64,000 nt of DNA, taken from contig NC_087259.1 in assembly GCF_037042905.1 (NCBI RefSeq), positions 30,566,001-30,630,000 on the forward strand, in the 5' to 3' direction. The stretch comes from Lytechinus pictus. Its lineage: Eukaryota. The position numbers and the translations under genes were made by a program. The first letter of the stretch is position 1, and every line of letters begins with the position of its first letter. The notes beneath the pieces were generated by a model. That model was not told where the DNA came from. It did no database searches and saw nothing but the letters and a program-made list of their open reading frames with translations. Positions 1 through 12,741 of the stretch are shown here, piece by piece.

Positions 1-401
1 GGGATATATCCCCCCCACTTTTCGAGGAGGGGGGGATGGCCTGTACAAACATCCCCCCCCCCCCAATTTTTACGAAAGAAATGAAGAAAAAAAAACATCA
101 CAAGAGATAATTGTTTTATTGGTGAAAATTCTTCCTGAAATACCGCTTAACAAATAAAACAATATTATTGAATCATAACATGCAAAGAGCCAGTTCACCA
201 TTTCCAAACGAAATACTTCTGTCCTTATCATAACATTGAAGAGAAACTCCCGTTTCTTCCAATTCATCAATGTTGGTGTCTTTGGGAAGGGATTAAGATG
301 GAATGTCAATTCTTTTTTAATGTAATCTCTAATAAAACCATTAAACCATCATGGGGTAAAAAAGATGATAATATTGGAGGGGTATTTGCCATATGGACAT
401 A

Positions 402-1436
402 CAGTGGTGTAACTACGGGGGGGGGGGGCATTGGGGCACGTGCCCTCCCAATCGGCTGACCAAAAAAAAAAACGGGGAAAAGGAGAAAAGAGGGAGAAAG
501 GAAAAGAAGCGTATAGTGGGAAAGAAGAAAATATTATTCATTATAATGTAATATTATAATTATGTTATGTTGCATTACATAAGAATTTTTTTTATCATAA
601 CTTCATGAAACATAATTTGCCCAGGGCCTACGTCTTCATTGTTCCTGGTGCTTGTATTGTCTGCTAACGAGATATATAATCCTGTTGTCTTATATATGAA
701 ACATTTCCTGTCCGTGATTACGTTCGCATTAGTGATTGGTGAAATATGTCTGCTCTTCATGAATTCCTAAAATCAGCCCTTAAAATGTCCCTTCTGATCT
801 GAATATCAAAAATTTTCAGCTCGCGCTTCGCGCTCGCATCATTTGGATATTGAATTACGGATGGTCCTAGTTAATTCCTACAAAGAAACCTTAGAATGCC
901 CCACTTCAGGTCTGAATTATCTAAATTTTCAGCTCGCGCTTTGCGCTCGCAATATTTGATTAGTGAGATGCGTATGATAATCATGATTGCAATTACTACA
1001 AAAAGTGTTTCATGTGTTCAGATGTAATTCTTATAAACCAGCAAGCGCTTGGCACTCGCATTAGATGACTATGGTGAGATATGCATACTCTTAATGGATT
1101 CCTAAAATATATTCCTCAAAATCTCGCTGTTTGGGGTAAAAATATACGAAAACTTCAGCTCGCGCTTCGCGCTCGTATTGATTAGCGAGACAGGTACCTA
1201 TCATGATTACACAAATTTGATTATAATGTCTCTTTTTAGGTGTGAATATAAAAAAAATTCAGCTCGCGCTTCGCGCTCACATTATTTGATCAGTGAGATG
1301 CATATCCGTTTAATGACATTGTCCAGAAAATGTCTCTATTAGGTCAGTATAACTGGCAACTGAGCGCGCTCACTCAGTGATTCAAACATTTTGCTGGTGC
1401 CCCCTCCCCAATGCCGTGACCCACGGTACGCCACTG
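402..1436. mobile_element. Non-autonomous hAT-like DNA transposon nested in an older repeat
   Basis: Ends CAGTGGTGTA.../...TACGCCACTG; identical 8-bp flanks TGGACATA at 394-401 and 1437-1444; internal recurring motif TTCAGCTCGCGCTTCGCGCTC. Confidence 0.85.
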
Positions 1437-1613
1437 TGGACATATCAATGACAATTTCTTGCATATCTAAAAACATGACTGCAAAAAAAAAAGCCAAAAT
1501 ATTTCAGTCATCCCCCCCACCCATCAACACGGATTTACGCCAGTGGTACTGTTCAAACATGAGATTTTTTTTCTTTTTCTTTAGATAAAAAAGGACATTG
1601 CTGGTGATGCTGT

Positions 1614-2015
1614 TTACATGCTGACCCTTGTTACAAATGTGTCAAGGGTTGCAGCATCCATTACCTCAGCTGGTAGCCCGTTCCAGTCCTTCACAGTGCG
1701 AGGCAAGAATGAAGATCCTCTGTACTGAATTCTACAGGTGATCAGCTGGAACTGTCTGTTGTGAGAACGACGCAGGCGAGTTGGTAGTGGGACAAGTTTT
1801 GAGTTAATTATTGGGCAATGTGCAAGGTTGTTGGTTATTTTGAAGAGCATGGAGAGGCGTGTGATCTTTCTTCTCTGCTGAAGAGTCTGCCAGCCGAGGG
1901 TCTTGATCATCTCACTAACACTTGAGGTTTTATGGTACTTGTTCATGACAAAACGTGCAGCACGTCTCTGTATAGACTCCAGCTTATCAATGTGTTTCTT
2001 TGTAGAAGGATCCCA
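1614..2015 (-). mobile_element. 3' fragment of a non-LTR retrotransposon ORF2 (RT C-terminal region)
   Basis: WDP...KLESIQRRAARFV...LGWQTLQQRR...SFLPRTVKDWNGLP, the same motif series as the C-terminus of the LINE at 31569. Confidence 0.85.
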
Positions 2016-2869
2016 AAAGGACCATAAAACTGACATTTTTACAAATCCTTTTAAAAATCAATTTGTAAATCACACAACATAATGAAAGTTCGATTTCCGA
2101 GATAAAATATGTTTTGTATATTGACTTCCAAACTTGATATCTAAACTTCATATTGAACAAGATATGTAAATCACCTTAAAAGGCAATGCGAGCGCGAAGC
2201 GCGAGCGAAAATTTTATATAGTGACATGAAAGATTTTCTTAATTATTTTCCAAGTCTTCCCCCGATCTTATTGTATTACTCATCTTCTTCTTCTTATGTT
2301 TCCCCCTATTTTTCTCCTCTCTCTTCCCTTCTTTTTTTTTCTTTCCTTTTCTTTTTTGCTCCGCCAATAGGGGGGCCCGGGCCCCTCGCCCCCCCCCCCC
2401 TGGATCCGCCTATGGATAGTGAAGACAATGATGATGGTGACAATGATGATGTTTATGATGATGATTATTATTATTATGATAATGTAGCTTGGAGGAGAAA
2501 GAATATGAAGAAGAAAACAACAACAACAACTTAATTGCAGTCTTGGATTGCAGTCCAATTAAAAAAAAAAATGATGGCTGTAAAAAATTCCCTTCATTAT
2601 CTCATCAGTTCATGAAATAAACCATTAACGAATTTCAATGCTGCATGTGTTAACGTCCTCTACGTTCATAGGTCACACAGTTCAATCCAAAACAAACGGG
2701 CGAAAGCCCCCGAATTGAACGAACTGGCCTCAAAATAATTATTTGTTTGGCGTTTTGGATTCGTATTATGTGAGAAATATCACAGGAAGCAGAGGTAATA
2801 CGTGTTGAAAGTTGTTTGTGGTAGTATAATGAGCAAGACCCTGAAATAGTGGTCCATCTGATCAATTTC

Positions 2870-3051
2870 ATTTCGACCTCGGCTAGCTGCAGCTGCTTGA
2901 AGTTGAAGTTGAAGGACTGCGCGTTAGCTGGACGGAGTTTACAACAGAGCTCCCGGTCGCTTGTGTCGGGAAGGGCCGTTGACCCGTTGTCATGTCACAA
3001 GCGAAGCGGCTGGATCTGGATGAGCTAGGAGCTGAGCTGGCCGTGAAGGAC
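2870..3051 (+). other. Probable first exon of the RNF26-like gene, containing a uORF start
   Basis: CpG-rich island about 2650-3060 ending in strong donor GAC|GTGAGT at 3052; matching acceptor TTTTGCAG at 23420-23427 just upstream of the RING ORF. 5' boundary approximate. Confidence 0.55.
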
Positions 3052-3328
3052 GTGAGTATGGAATACTAGTCTTGAGGACTCCATGATGATGTTTTTTTAA
3101 ATAATTAATATTTTGACATATATACTTCTTCATCATGGAGTTTTGACAATCTTCCCATAGACGCATAAGAGACTGACCAAAACAAAGATAGAAATCCATC
3201 CTTTTTATAAGATAAATGTCACGTAAATGTTGGTGATTTTATTTATTTTTACACCTTCCCGACACAAGCGACAAGTGACACAATTGTTAAATAAATCCCC
3301 AGAAACGACGGTGATTCCTGTCTAGATA

Positions 3329-3574
3329 GTCTGACCCTTGAACCGCTTCGTTATGATGTAGGCCCTAGCTACGATTAGCGATGTTACAGAATGCTGTTTT
3401 GAAGAACAATTTATAGATAGAAAGTATTATTTAACAAATACTTATTCATAATCACGTATTAAATTTTAGTATTTGTTGAATAATAATTTTAATCTATAAA
3501 TTGTTCTTCAAAACAGCATTTTGTAACATCGCTAATCGTAGCTACGTCATAACAAAGCGGTTCAAGGGTCAGAC
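3329..3574. mobile_element. Hairpin MITE (~245 bp)
   Basis: GTCTGACCCTTGAACCGCTTCGTTATGA ... TCATAACAAAGCGGTTCAAGGGTCAGAC, with inverted symmetry along almost the whole length. Confidence 0.8.
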
Positions 3575-3604
3575 CTTATGGCCCGAATTCACAAAGGTGG
3601 ATTC

Positions 3605-3792
3605 TACAAAATCCACAGATTTTAGAATCCGCGGATTTTTGAGTCCATGGATTCTGGAAAATCCGCGGATTCTGCAGTTTGTGATTCACCAACGGTGGAC
3701 TCAAAAATCCGCGGATTCCACCAGACCCACGGTTGAGTCCATGGATTCAACCGTGGACTCAACAAAATCCATGGATTCAACCATGGATTTTC
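3605..3792. repeat. Left subterminal array of palindromic motifs (AATCCRYGGATT variants), putative Myb-protein binding sites
   Basis: About 9 copies such as AATCCGCGGATT, AGTCCATGGATT and AATCCATGGATT directly inside the left TIR. Confidence 0.8.
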
Positions 3793-4100
3793 AATCAAAT
3801 CTAGGGATTTCCCCTTTTTTGAGACTGCACTGAGCATGCTCAGTGTCATAAAAGAATAAACATCTGCAGCATATACACAATAAACTAAAAATATATTATT
3901 TCAAAATACATGTTTGCTGGTACAGACCCCCCCCCCCCCCCCATCTCCCAAGAATTCTGTTTGCTGGCATTGGTTGTTGTGTATCATTACACACACACAC
4001 ACACACACACACTGTACACACACAAAATAGAACACATCATCAGCTGGCTGCACTTAATCAACAACCATCATCATCATCATCTGTTAAAGTACAGTCCACA

Positions 4101-7100
4101 ATGGCCTTGAAGTGGCAGAAGGCGGAAATTAATTATTTAATTGAATTAATCGCTGACAGACAACAAAAGATTTGTAATAGAGAAACGCATCACAAGGCCA
4201 ATGAGGCGAAGACTGCCGCGTGGAATGAGGTGGAGGAGCAGTTCTGTGCTCGATTCGGGAGGCGGTGGCCCCTCCACAAAATGAAGGAGCTGTGGAAGCG
4301 CCAAAGAGGGTATGCTAAGAAAGAGTTTAGCAACTTCAAAGCTAAATTGAGGCAGACTGGTGGCGGTCCTCCACCATCCCCACTGTCTGCATCAACCATC
4401 CTAATCAAAGAATTGCTGCCAGGGGATTTTGTGCAACTGCAAAATCCCTTCGACGATGACGTTGTTCTGGCAAACGAGCAGGCGATGACAGCTCTGGACT
4501 TTATTCGAGGGGTTCACAAGTAAGTCCAAAACAGTAACGAAAATTGATTAGAAATGCATTTAATTTTATGATTGTAAACATACTCATGCTGATAAAGTAT
4601 GTAAGATCATTATATTGACCCCTCCCATGCATTACTAATTAATTTCCTTTGAAAAAATAGGATTATATCTCACTTATCCTCATTTAAAAACTTGTCAATT
4701 CTTTTTAATATCGATAATACATTTCAATGTCGTCTGCGCCGCCATCGCACCGCAAAAAGTATTTTTGTAGTCCCATTCGTTCATTTGCGCGTAGTTCAAA
4801 ACCATAGTTTGGCCAAACTCCACAGATTTCAATGTGTGTAGGTCTATCGTCAGATTTAATGTGAAACCGAACGATAAACGAACTCAAGCTAGTCACGTCT
4901 ATCGATGTTAAGAGGTCTATATAGTTCAACCTTCTTTAAATTAACTTTTTATGTGGCTAAATGCAAAACTTACCTCAAATAATCCCTTTATCGGTGCCTA
5001 TATTGATGAAAATTTCCACATTTTGCCGAGCTAACTCCAATTCGTACTCCGTACTCCAACTTTAGTTTAAACTTTTAGATCAGCTGTGCAGTCATGTGAC
5101 TGATTTATGAGACGCCGTTTTTCCACAATTTTATCTTAATTATGAAATGTCTTTTATCATATCAGTTGTAAGGCCCATCCCATGACATTTTTCTCAAAAC
5201 TTTACTGGTCAGCTCGTCTCGTTCTCACTCCATTTTTATGTCTTTTTTAATCCTCAGTTGTGGTAAGATTCTTCTAATTAAATTAGTTTAGCTCACAAAT
5301 TCCAAGCCGTAGGCCTACCGAAAAAGGGCTACTAATTTAGAAACGATGATAAAACAACACAGAGATATATTTCAATTTACAAATCGTTTTGGGTGATTTC
5401 ATTTTTGTTTTTTAAAGGGTTTGTGTAATATGCCTTTAAATATGTTCTAGATATTTTAGCAACTAATTGTCCCTTCTGGGTCCAGACTAATTCAGCTAAC
5501 TAAAAATTAAACAAACATCTCGATTCACTTAATAAATCTTATGATTGCCCGCACAGGACATTTTCAGATATTAGATGAATGAAGCAGGGGCCGCGGAAGC
5601 GGGATATATCCAAAACTGTGTCTAAAAACATTTTTAAATAAATGTAAACAAATTTCCAGATGATTGTGATTTTTGTCTGGTCAGACGTCCCCGGCCACCT
5701 CCCCCCCCCCCTCCCCCATATATAAAGAGAGCCAAAAAAAAAACCTACTCATACTTTTGGAATATTGAGAGGCATTTATTATCCAATACCCCCACCCCCA
5801 TAAAAAATAAACCTTTTTTACAAAATATCGACAGGGCCTATGAATATAAAAAAAGTCTTTAATTAAGAAAGGTATTTTTTAAGAAAATATATTTTTAAAA
5901 ACAAAGAATTTCATTGCTACCAAAATGGTGGAATGTAACCCACAATGGACCTGAACAGGGGCGGATCCAGGATTTCCCCATAGGGGAAGTTTTTAACCAA
6001 AATTTAAGGGAATTAATTCGTCCACGAAAAAAAGTCATAAGCATATTAAGCAAAAATAAAAATTAACAAAAAATTAAGGGTATTTTGTCCACGAAATAAA
6101 TTGACAAGCCGAAGAAAGGGGGTTTTAACCAATAATTAGGGGTACTTCGTCCACAAAAAAATATTGACAAGCAAAAAAAAAAGGTCTTCCCTTTTAAAAT
6201 GGGGAGGGGCACACTTTTGTTTAAACGGAATTTTTACATTATAAATTTTAATTGTGCATATCTCAACAGGGAGGGGACGGCACAGGCCGGCTGTGTCCCC
6301 CTGGATCCGCCAGTCGACCTGAAATTAACTTTCTAAGCAAAATAAAAATAAAAAGAGATTAAGGTCATTAAAAAAAATCCAGTTCAATGTATCTTTATAA
6401 GTTCAATATGTAAAATTTTCTTTGCAGATCATCTTCAACAATCCATACACATGGTTCAGCCGCCCAACATGCCCAAAGAGATCCGAAGAGTAGCACTGAA
6501 GCGTCAAGGTAATTATTCCGTTATTGAAAAGAAAAATATGTAGACCTGAACAAAATTTAAGAGTATTAATTCGTCCACGAAAAAAGTGATAAGCAAAACA
6601 AAAAAAAATTCCAAAATATGTTTGTATACGAAAAAAAATTGACAACCAAAAAAGGGGGTTTTAACCAAATATTAGGGGTACTTCGTCCACAAAAAATATT
6701 GACAAGCAAAAAAAAACGTCTTTACTTTTAAAATGGGGAGGGGCACACTTTTGTTTAAACGGAATTTTTACATTATAAATTTTAATTGTGCATCTCAACA
6801 GGGAGGGGACGGCACAGGCCGGCTGTGTCCCCCTGGATCCGCCAGTGGACCTGAAATTAACTTTCTAAGCAAAATAAAAATAAAAAGAGATAAAGGTCAT
6901 TTAAAAAAATCCAGTTCAATGTATCTTTATAAGTTCAATATGTAAAATTTTCTTTGCAGATCATCTTCAACAATCCATACACATGGTTCAGCCGCCCAAC
7001 ATGCCCAAAGAGATCCGAAGAGTAGCACTGAAGCGTCAAGGTAATTATTCCGTTATTGAAAAGAAAAATATATAGACCTGAACAAAATTTAAGAGTATTA

Positions 7101-10100
7101 ATTCGTCCACGAAAAAAGTGATAAGCAAAAAAAAAAAAAATTCCAAAATATGTTTGTATACGAAAAAAAATTGACAACCAAAAAAGGGGGTTTTAACCAA
7201 ATATTAGGGGTACTTCGTCCACAAAAAATATTGACAAGCAAAAAAAAAACGTCTTCACTTTTAAAATGGGGAGGGGCACACTTTTGTTTAAACGGAATTT
7301 TTACATTATAAATTTTAATTGTGCATCTCAACAGGGAGGGGACGGCACAGGCCGGCTGTGTCCCCCTGGATCCGCCAGTCGACCTGAAATTAACTTTCTA
7401 AGCAAAATAAAAATAAAAAGAGATTAAGGTCATTAAAAAAAATCCAGTTCAATGTATCTTTATAAGTTCAATATGTAAAATTTTCTTTGCAGATCATCTT
7501 CAACAATCCATACACATGGTTCAGCCGCCCAACATGCCCAAAGAGATCCGAAGAGTAGCACTGAAGCGTCAAGGTAATTATTCCGTTATTGAAAAGAAAA
7601 ATATGTAGACCTGAACTTATATTTTCCAATGCATTAGCCAAAGAATCGAACATATTGTTTTACTTAAATCTTTTTTGGGGGGGATGGGGTTAAATGGCTA
7701 TGCGCTTTTTTTTTTAAATATAATTTTTTATGTATTGCCTAAGCATGATCGAACTGATACTGAACTAATGAAACAATAAATATTTAGGCTATTCTTAAGT
7801 GTTTCCTTTGTCAGTGTTGAAATATGACAAATATTTTCATGCACTTCAGTCATCAAATATTCAACTGATGTTCATTTCTACTCTAGTTCAATTTAATTGT
7901 TTCCCTTTTATTACAGCAGTCAATCCAACATTCTGGCTTCTTCGTTGTTAGCAACATCATCATCTTTCGCAGTAAGGTAATTATTACCAACATTCTCCAT
8001 TAAGTGTTCATTCAAATTATCATGATTCGTATGCAGTAGAAAATCATTATTGTCATATCCCTCTTATTAATATTATCATCATGGTCGTTGTTATTATTAT
8101 CATCACCATCACGGTTATCGTTATTATTATCATCATCATCATTATTGTCACTATTATTATCATCACCATCATCATCATATTATTATTATTATTACTATTA
8201 TTAATATTCCTACAGCAAGAAACTGATCCACAATGTGCCGCACTCAACCCAGGTGAGGTAAATGGGTACCGGTAGGAAGTAATTCCTTAAAAAGCTGTGT
8301 GCGCTATGAACGCCTAGCTTAGCCGGGTAATTATAGGAGCGCCTTGAGCACCTAACAAGGTGGATATGTGGGCAATATAAATACCCTATATTATTATTAT
8401 TATCGTCATTATGACCTTACACATGCCTATTTTACATATTTATCTACATTTCTAGAATAGGTATCCACATGGAAAATTACAAATCGCACTGCTAGAAAAC
8501 ATGTATCGCATAGGTACAGGTATTATGGTATTGCATTTATGACCTTAACAAGAGTAGTGGTCTATACTGATTGACTTGGGACAGGAGGCTTTATCCCACA
8601 GTAATTAAGTTAACTTTGGTGTCCCAATGAAACGGTTGATATTTGTATTATCTATTCTAAAATGTATTTATGTATTATTTGCCGAATAAATAGTAATAAT
8701 AATAATAATAACAAATTTAATAACATGAATTATCTTTACAGACCCATTTCCGGAGTTGAGACACCCCAGTGCCATACACCTGTTTCCAACACGGCCTCTA
8801 TCCCTATTGACCTGACAAGTGACATTGACGCTTCAAGGTATGAAACGTTTAAATTTAGATCATGGTCACATGACAAAGTTGACAAAATTGAATCCATGTT
8901 TTATTAATACCGTACGCAATCATCATTCTCTGAATACCATGGCGGCACCGTGGTGGGGGGGGGGCGCATTTCCCCACCCCCCCCCCCACATCCACCTAAA
9001 ATTTTGTAAACCGAAAAACCAAAAACGTGTATTAAATGTTGTTTCTGTCCGCTTCTGCATGCTCCACCCAAAATGTTCTTGGCCTGACCTATGTATTATG
9101 TATTGGTATATCTTGTTTCTTCATTACAGCAACCATCCTTCCAGCAGTTCTCGACCATATGCATCATCTTCATTTCTCTCTTGTCCTAGGTAAATACCAC
9201 ATAAAATATTATAATTGTTTCAATTATCTGTATTTATTCATGAATGTAATTATTCAATATATATAATTGTGTTTTTCCCCAGGGATTGCTTAGATTGTTT
9301 ATTCCCCATGCTCCGGCCTCCATTTCGAAACAAACAAACAATTGATATCTATGATTTTTATATGGAGTCTAAAATTTTTTGAAACGCGCTCATTTGCCAG
9401 GTATACTGAGAAAAGGGGACATTTTAAGGACTGATTTTAGGAATTCATTAAGAGCAGACATATCTCACTAATCCACTAATGCGAACGTAAGCATGGACGG
9501 GAAATGATTTACATTAATACCTTAAAATGGGGCAATCACTTTAAGTAGTCATGAAAAAGAAGCATATGTCACAAAAGAAAACAATAACTCGCCACTGGAT
9601 GTCATATTATACTTTGCTTCGTTACAGATCAGCATCATTGTCAAAAGAAGTCGTTAATGAATGTGATAAGCCAGGAGACGAAACAGATGACTTCCCCAAA
9701 ACAAGGTATTAAATTGCAAATATTATCAACCTAATTTGTTGATAAAGCATGCATATTTTTGTCATTTCTATCTTTGGTGGGCTACTTTGACCATCAATAG
9801 GAGAGATGAAACTTAAACTGGTAATAAACAGGAATGATAATTGGTAGAATGGAGGTTATTTCAGAGAAGTATTTCTGTGGTCATTTATCATTGAAACATA
9901 GGCCTATATATAAATGAAGATAAGATAATTAAAATTAAGAGTGGAAAGAAGTATCATTTGCCATTTGCAATGTCATTCATAAGGACAAAGGAACTTCTTA
10001 TATAAATGTATTATCAACATGTTCAAATTTCTTTTGAGGGTAACCATCCTTTTGCTTCTCTTCTACAGCAATCAGTCTTCAAGCGTTGGAAGACCATTCG

Positions 10101-11134
10101 CACCGTCCCTTTCCTCTACATGGTAATTATTGCTCATGTTTCTACTTTGCAAAGGTTGCCATTAAATATCAATCCATGTTTTAAACTTCCAAAGAAAAAT
10201 CAGGCAAAGCAATGAAATCAAGTGGATAAAAGTTCTCTGTATTACAGCGCAATGTAAAGTTGTCCATCACAATACATATATATTTTTTTAAGATTAAAAT
10301 GTAGAATGATTTAGAATTTTGAAAATTATGCTTTATTCATGTCCTTTTTGCCAACCTACTCTTATAATTCTATTATCTCTGAATATTTCAAATAATTTTG
10401 AATTTGGGGGGGGGGGGGGGCAGTCTGCCCCCTGACGAGCCACAACCCATGCAAAGGACGTATCCCTGCCCCCCCCCCCCCCTGATGAGCTTGAAAGACC
10501 TTATTTGCCCCCCCCCCCCTGACGAGCTTGAAAGACCATGATCACTCTTATCAATGGAAATAATACCTGAAATAATTCAAAGCAAAATCAATTCAATTTG
10601 ATAACAGACAACAATTTAATATATTATTTTGTCACATTTTCCACCCATTAATAACCACAATTTACATTATTATTTAACTATGATTAAATAGATTATGACT
10701 GTTAAAACTATTTTTCTGCAAGTCAAGTGATATGCATGTAAAAACTAATTTGTTGAAATTCAAATACATCATACTATCATGGAATACCATTAAATCTTAA
10801 TTAAATAAATTTTTTATTTTGGTCAATAATTTTTAACAGCAATGCATCACCTCGAAAGAGGAACTTGGAAAATCGTCGCCAAGGCACCAAGAGAGCTCGT
10901 GTGACAACAGAGGAAGCCATTCTAGAGCTGGACAAAAAAGAGCACGAGCTCAGAATGAGGCTTATGCTCAAAGAGCACGAAATCAAAATGAAGTTGATCA
11001 ACGCTGAATATGAAAATAAAATGAAAATTGCCAATGCTGAACATGCCATCAAGATGGACATTTTTTCTTTACAGAAATGTACTGAAGCAGCAAAGAACAG
11101 AGAAGCCCTTGGCTACCCTAATTCCGAGGATTAA
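4101..11134 (+). CDS. Harbinger Myb/SANT-like DNA-binding protein (MSANTD/NAIF1-like), multi-exon, ~434-448 aa
   Basis: Exon 1 4101-4519 encodes a trihelix Myb/SANT domain (KWQKAE..LIELI..AWNEV..F..KELWKR..TGGGPPP). GT-AG phase-2 exons follow at 6428-6508, 6960-7040, 7493-7573, 7917-7976, (8216-8257 optional), 8742-8837, 9130-9189, 9628-9705 and 10069-10122. Terminal exon 10840-11134 encodes a basic patch plus coiled coil (EHELRMRLMLKEHEIKMK). All join in frame with no stops. Confidence 0.85.
5956..6315. mobile_element. hAT-like MITE in intron 1 of the Myb gene
   Basis: CAGGGGCGGATCCAGG ... CCTGGATCCGCCAGTC with 8-bp flanks GACCTGAA at 5948-5955 and 6316-6323. Confidence 0.75.
5998..7616 (+). 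repeat. Tandem triplication, ~532-bp unit, each containing an 81-nt coding exon
   Basis: Near-identical units with exon starts at 6428, 6960 and 7493 (periods 532 and 533). Confidence 0.95.
8216..8402 (+). mobile_element. 5'-truncated SINE body and tail
   Basis: GCACTCAACCCAGGTGAGGTAAATGGGTACC core and GAGCGCCTTGAGCACC...ATAAATACCCTA(TAT)n tail, typical of marine-invertebrate SINEs. Confidence 0.6.
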
Positions 11135-12741
11135 GAATTGAAATCATCAATTATGGTCTATCCATGCATGTACACATATTCTGTTAATAATTGAATTTAA
11201 TTAAAATTATAATATCCAATAATATATATTATATAAACAGTACTGCAGATTATATCAAATACTTATAGCTAAAGAAATTACAGAAGTTCTTGATTTGCTG
11301 ATGTGGTTGGGAGAATTCATTTGAATATTTATATCATAAAAACTGTATATAGACATTATCTATTCATAAATTAGGAATTATGTTGTAATGGATGACAATG
11401 TACTAGAAAGACTGAGAAAAACAAATATAGTATACAGTACCTGACTCATTATCAATATTCATGAAAACTAGGGCAATAAAGTTTAAAATGTCCAGCTCAG
11501 ATGTCAGATATGGGTAATTATATTTCATATTTATGTTATTAATGTACATATATTCTTCACTCTCTATGATGATTAAGTATTTATTGAATATTGATATATG
11601 ACTTCGGCATTATCAATTGAAAAATACACGAAGAGCATGACAGTAAGAAAGTGAGTATTTATTTTTTAAAGTAAACCTAGTTAGAAGGATCTGGTCTTTG
11701 TCTGAATGATTTTCACACTTCTCTAACTTAAAGAAATACAATGGAATTATAAGATTTTGTATATATGTTCATATATCAAACACAAGTATCGAAAGACTCA
11801 CTTAAAACCAGTCTTCTTAATATCTAAGAATTGGACCACGACAATGTCAGTTGTTGGGATGTTAGACGTAGAAATATAAGATATCAATAAATAAACGCTA
11901 TGTTTCTTGAAAAATGAATATATGCTGTGATATATTCAATAAAAATGTATATAAATCACAGTAATATTTACACCATGTGCCATTAGAATTATAATGTTCA
12001 TTGAAATAAAACACATGTGATATGTTTCTTTCAATTCATATTCCAATGCCTTACATGTATATATCCGACAATGGAAAGGCCATCAATTCAATTTGATGAG
12101 AGAAGTAAATGAATGGATAGTTTGCAAATAAACTGCATTTCCTGAAATTGCAATCACTCAATTTAATATTGTTCTGTATCATTCTTTCATTGTATGGCAA
12201 CAATAACATACACATTGCACAATATTTATCCATTCATTAACTGTAGGCCCAGTAGATGCATTATCAGAGATTATTGTTGTTGACAGAAAAAAGAAATCAT
12301 TGGAAACCAACTTCTGCAATTGGGGCATAAAAAGAGTTGACATTATTTCTAAATACAAAACAAGAACAGTATTGCCTGCAGCAGAGTCTCAAAGAGTGCT
12401 GTAATTTCACAGGACACTTCTTACCAGCATTCACAATTAATCTGTTTCATAATGCAATAAGTGATTTATTCTCTTGAAATGATATAAAGAATTGTCTCAA
12501 TTTTCTCATCAATAACATATAAAGTGGCATTTCACATATATAATACCAGGAAGTGATTTTTTTTAGTCCTTTTTTTTATAGAGTCTGCAGCAAAAAGATT
12601 CACACGGCAAAAAACACATTCATCAATAAAAGATGAGTACTTTCTGAATTAATGAAAATGGGAATGTGGGATCATGAAGCTTACAAATTTTCCAGTTAAT
12701 ACCACAATTTACAGAATGATTCTTTTTATCAAAAATATTTT

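Noticed and set aside
3501-3849. ORFs with STVDS/NPWI repeats (also 21731-22107)
   Set aside because: By-products of the transposon's subterminal palindromic repeats.
6403-7653. Three repeated minus-strand ORFs ending ICKENFTY
   Set aside because: Antisense shadows of the tandem repeat; the splice signals support the + strand exons.
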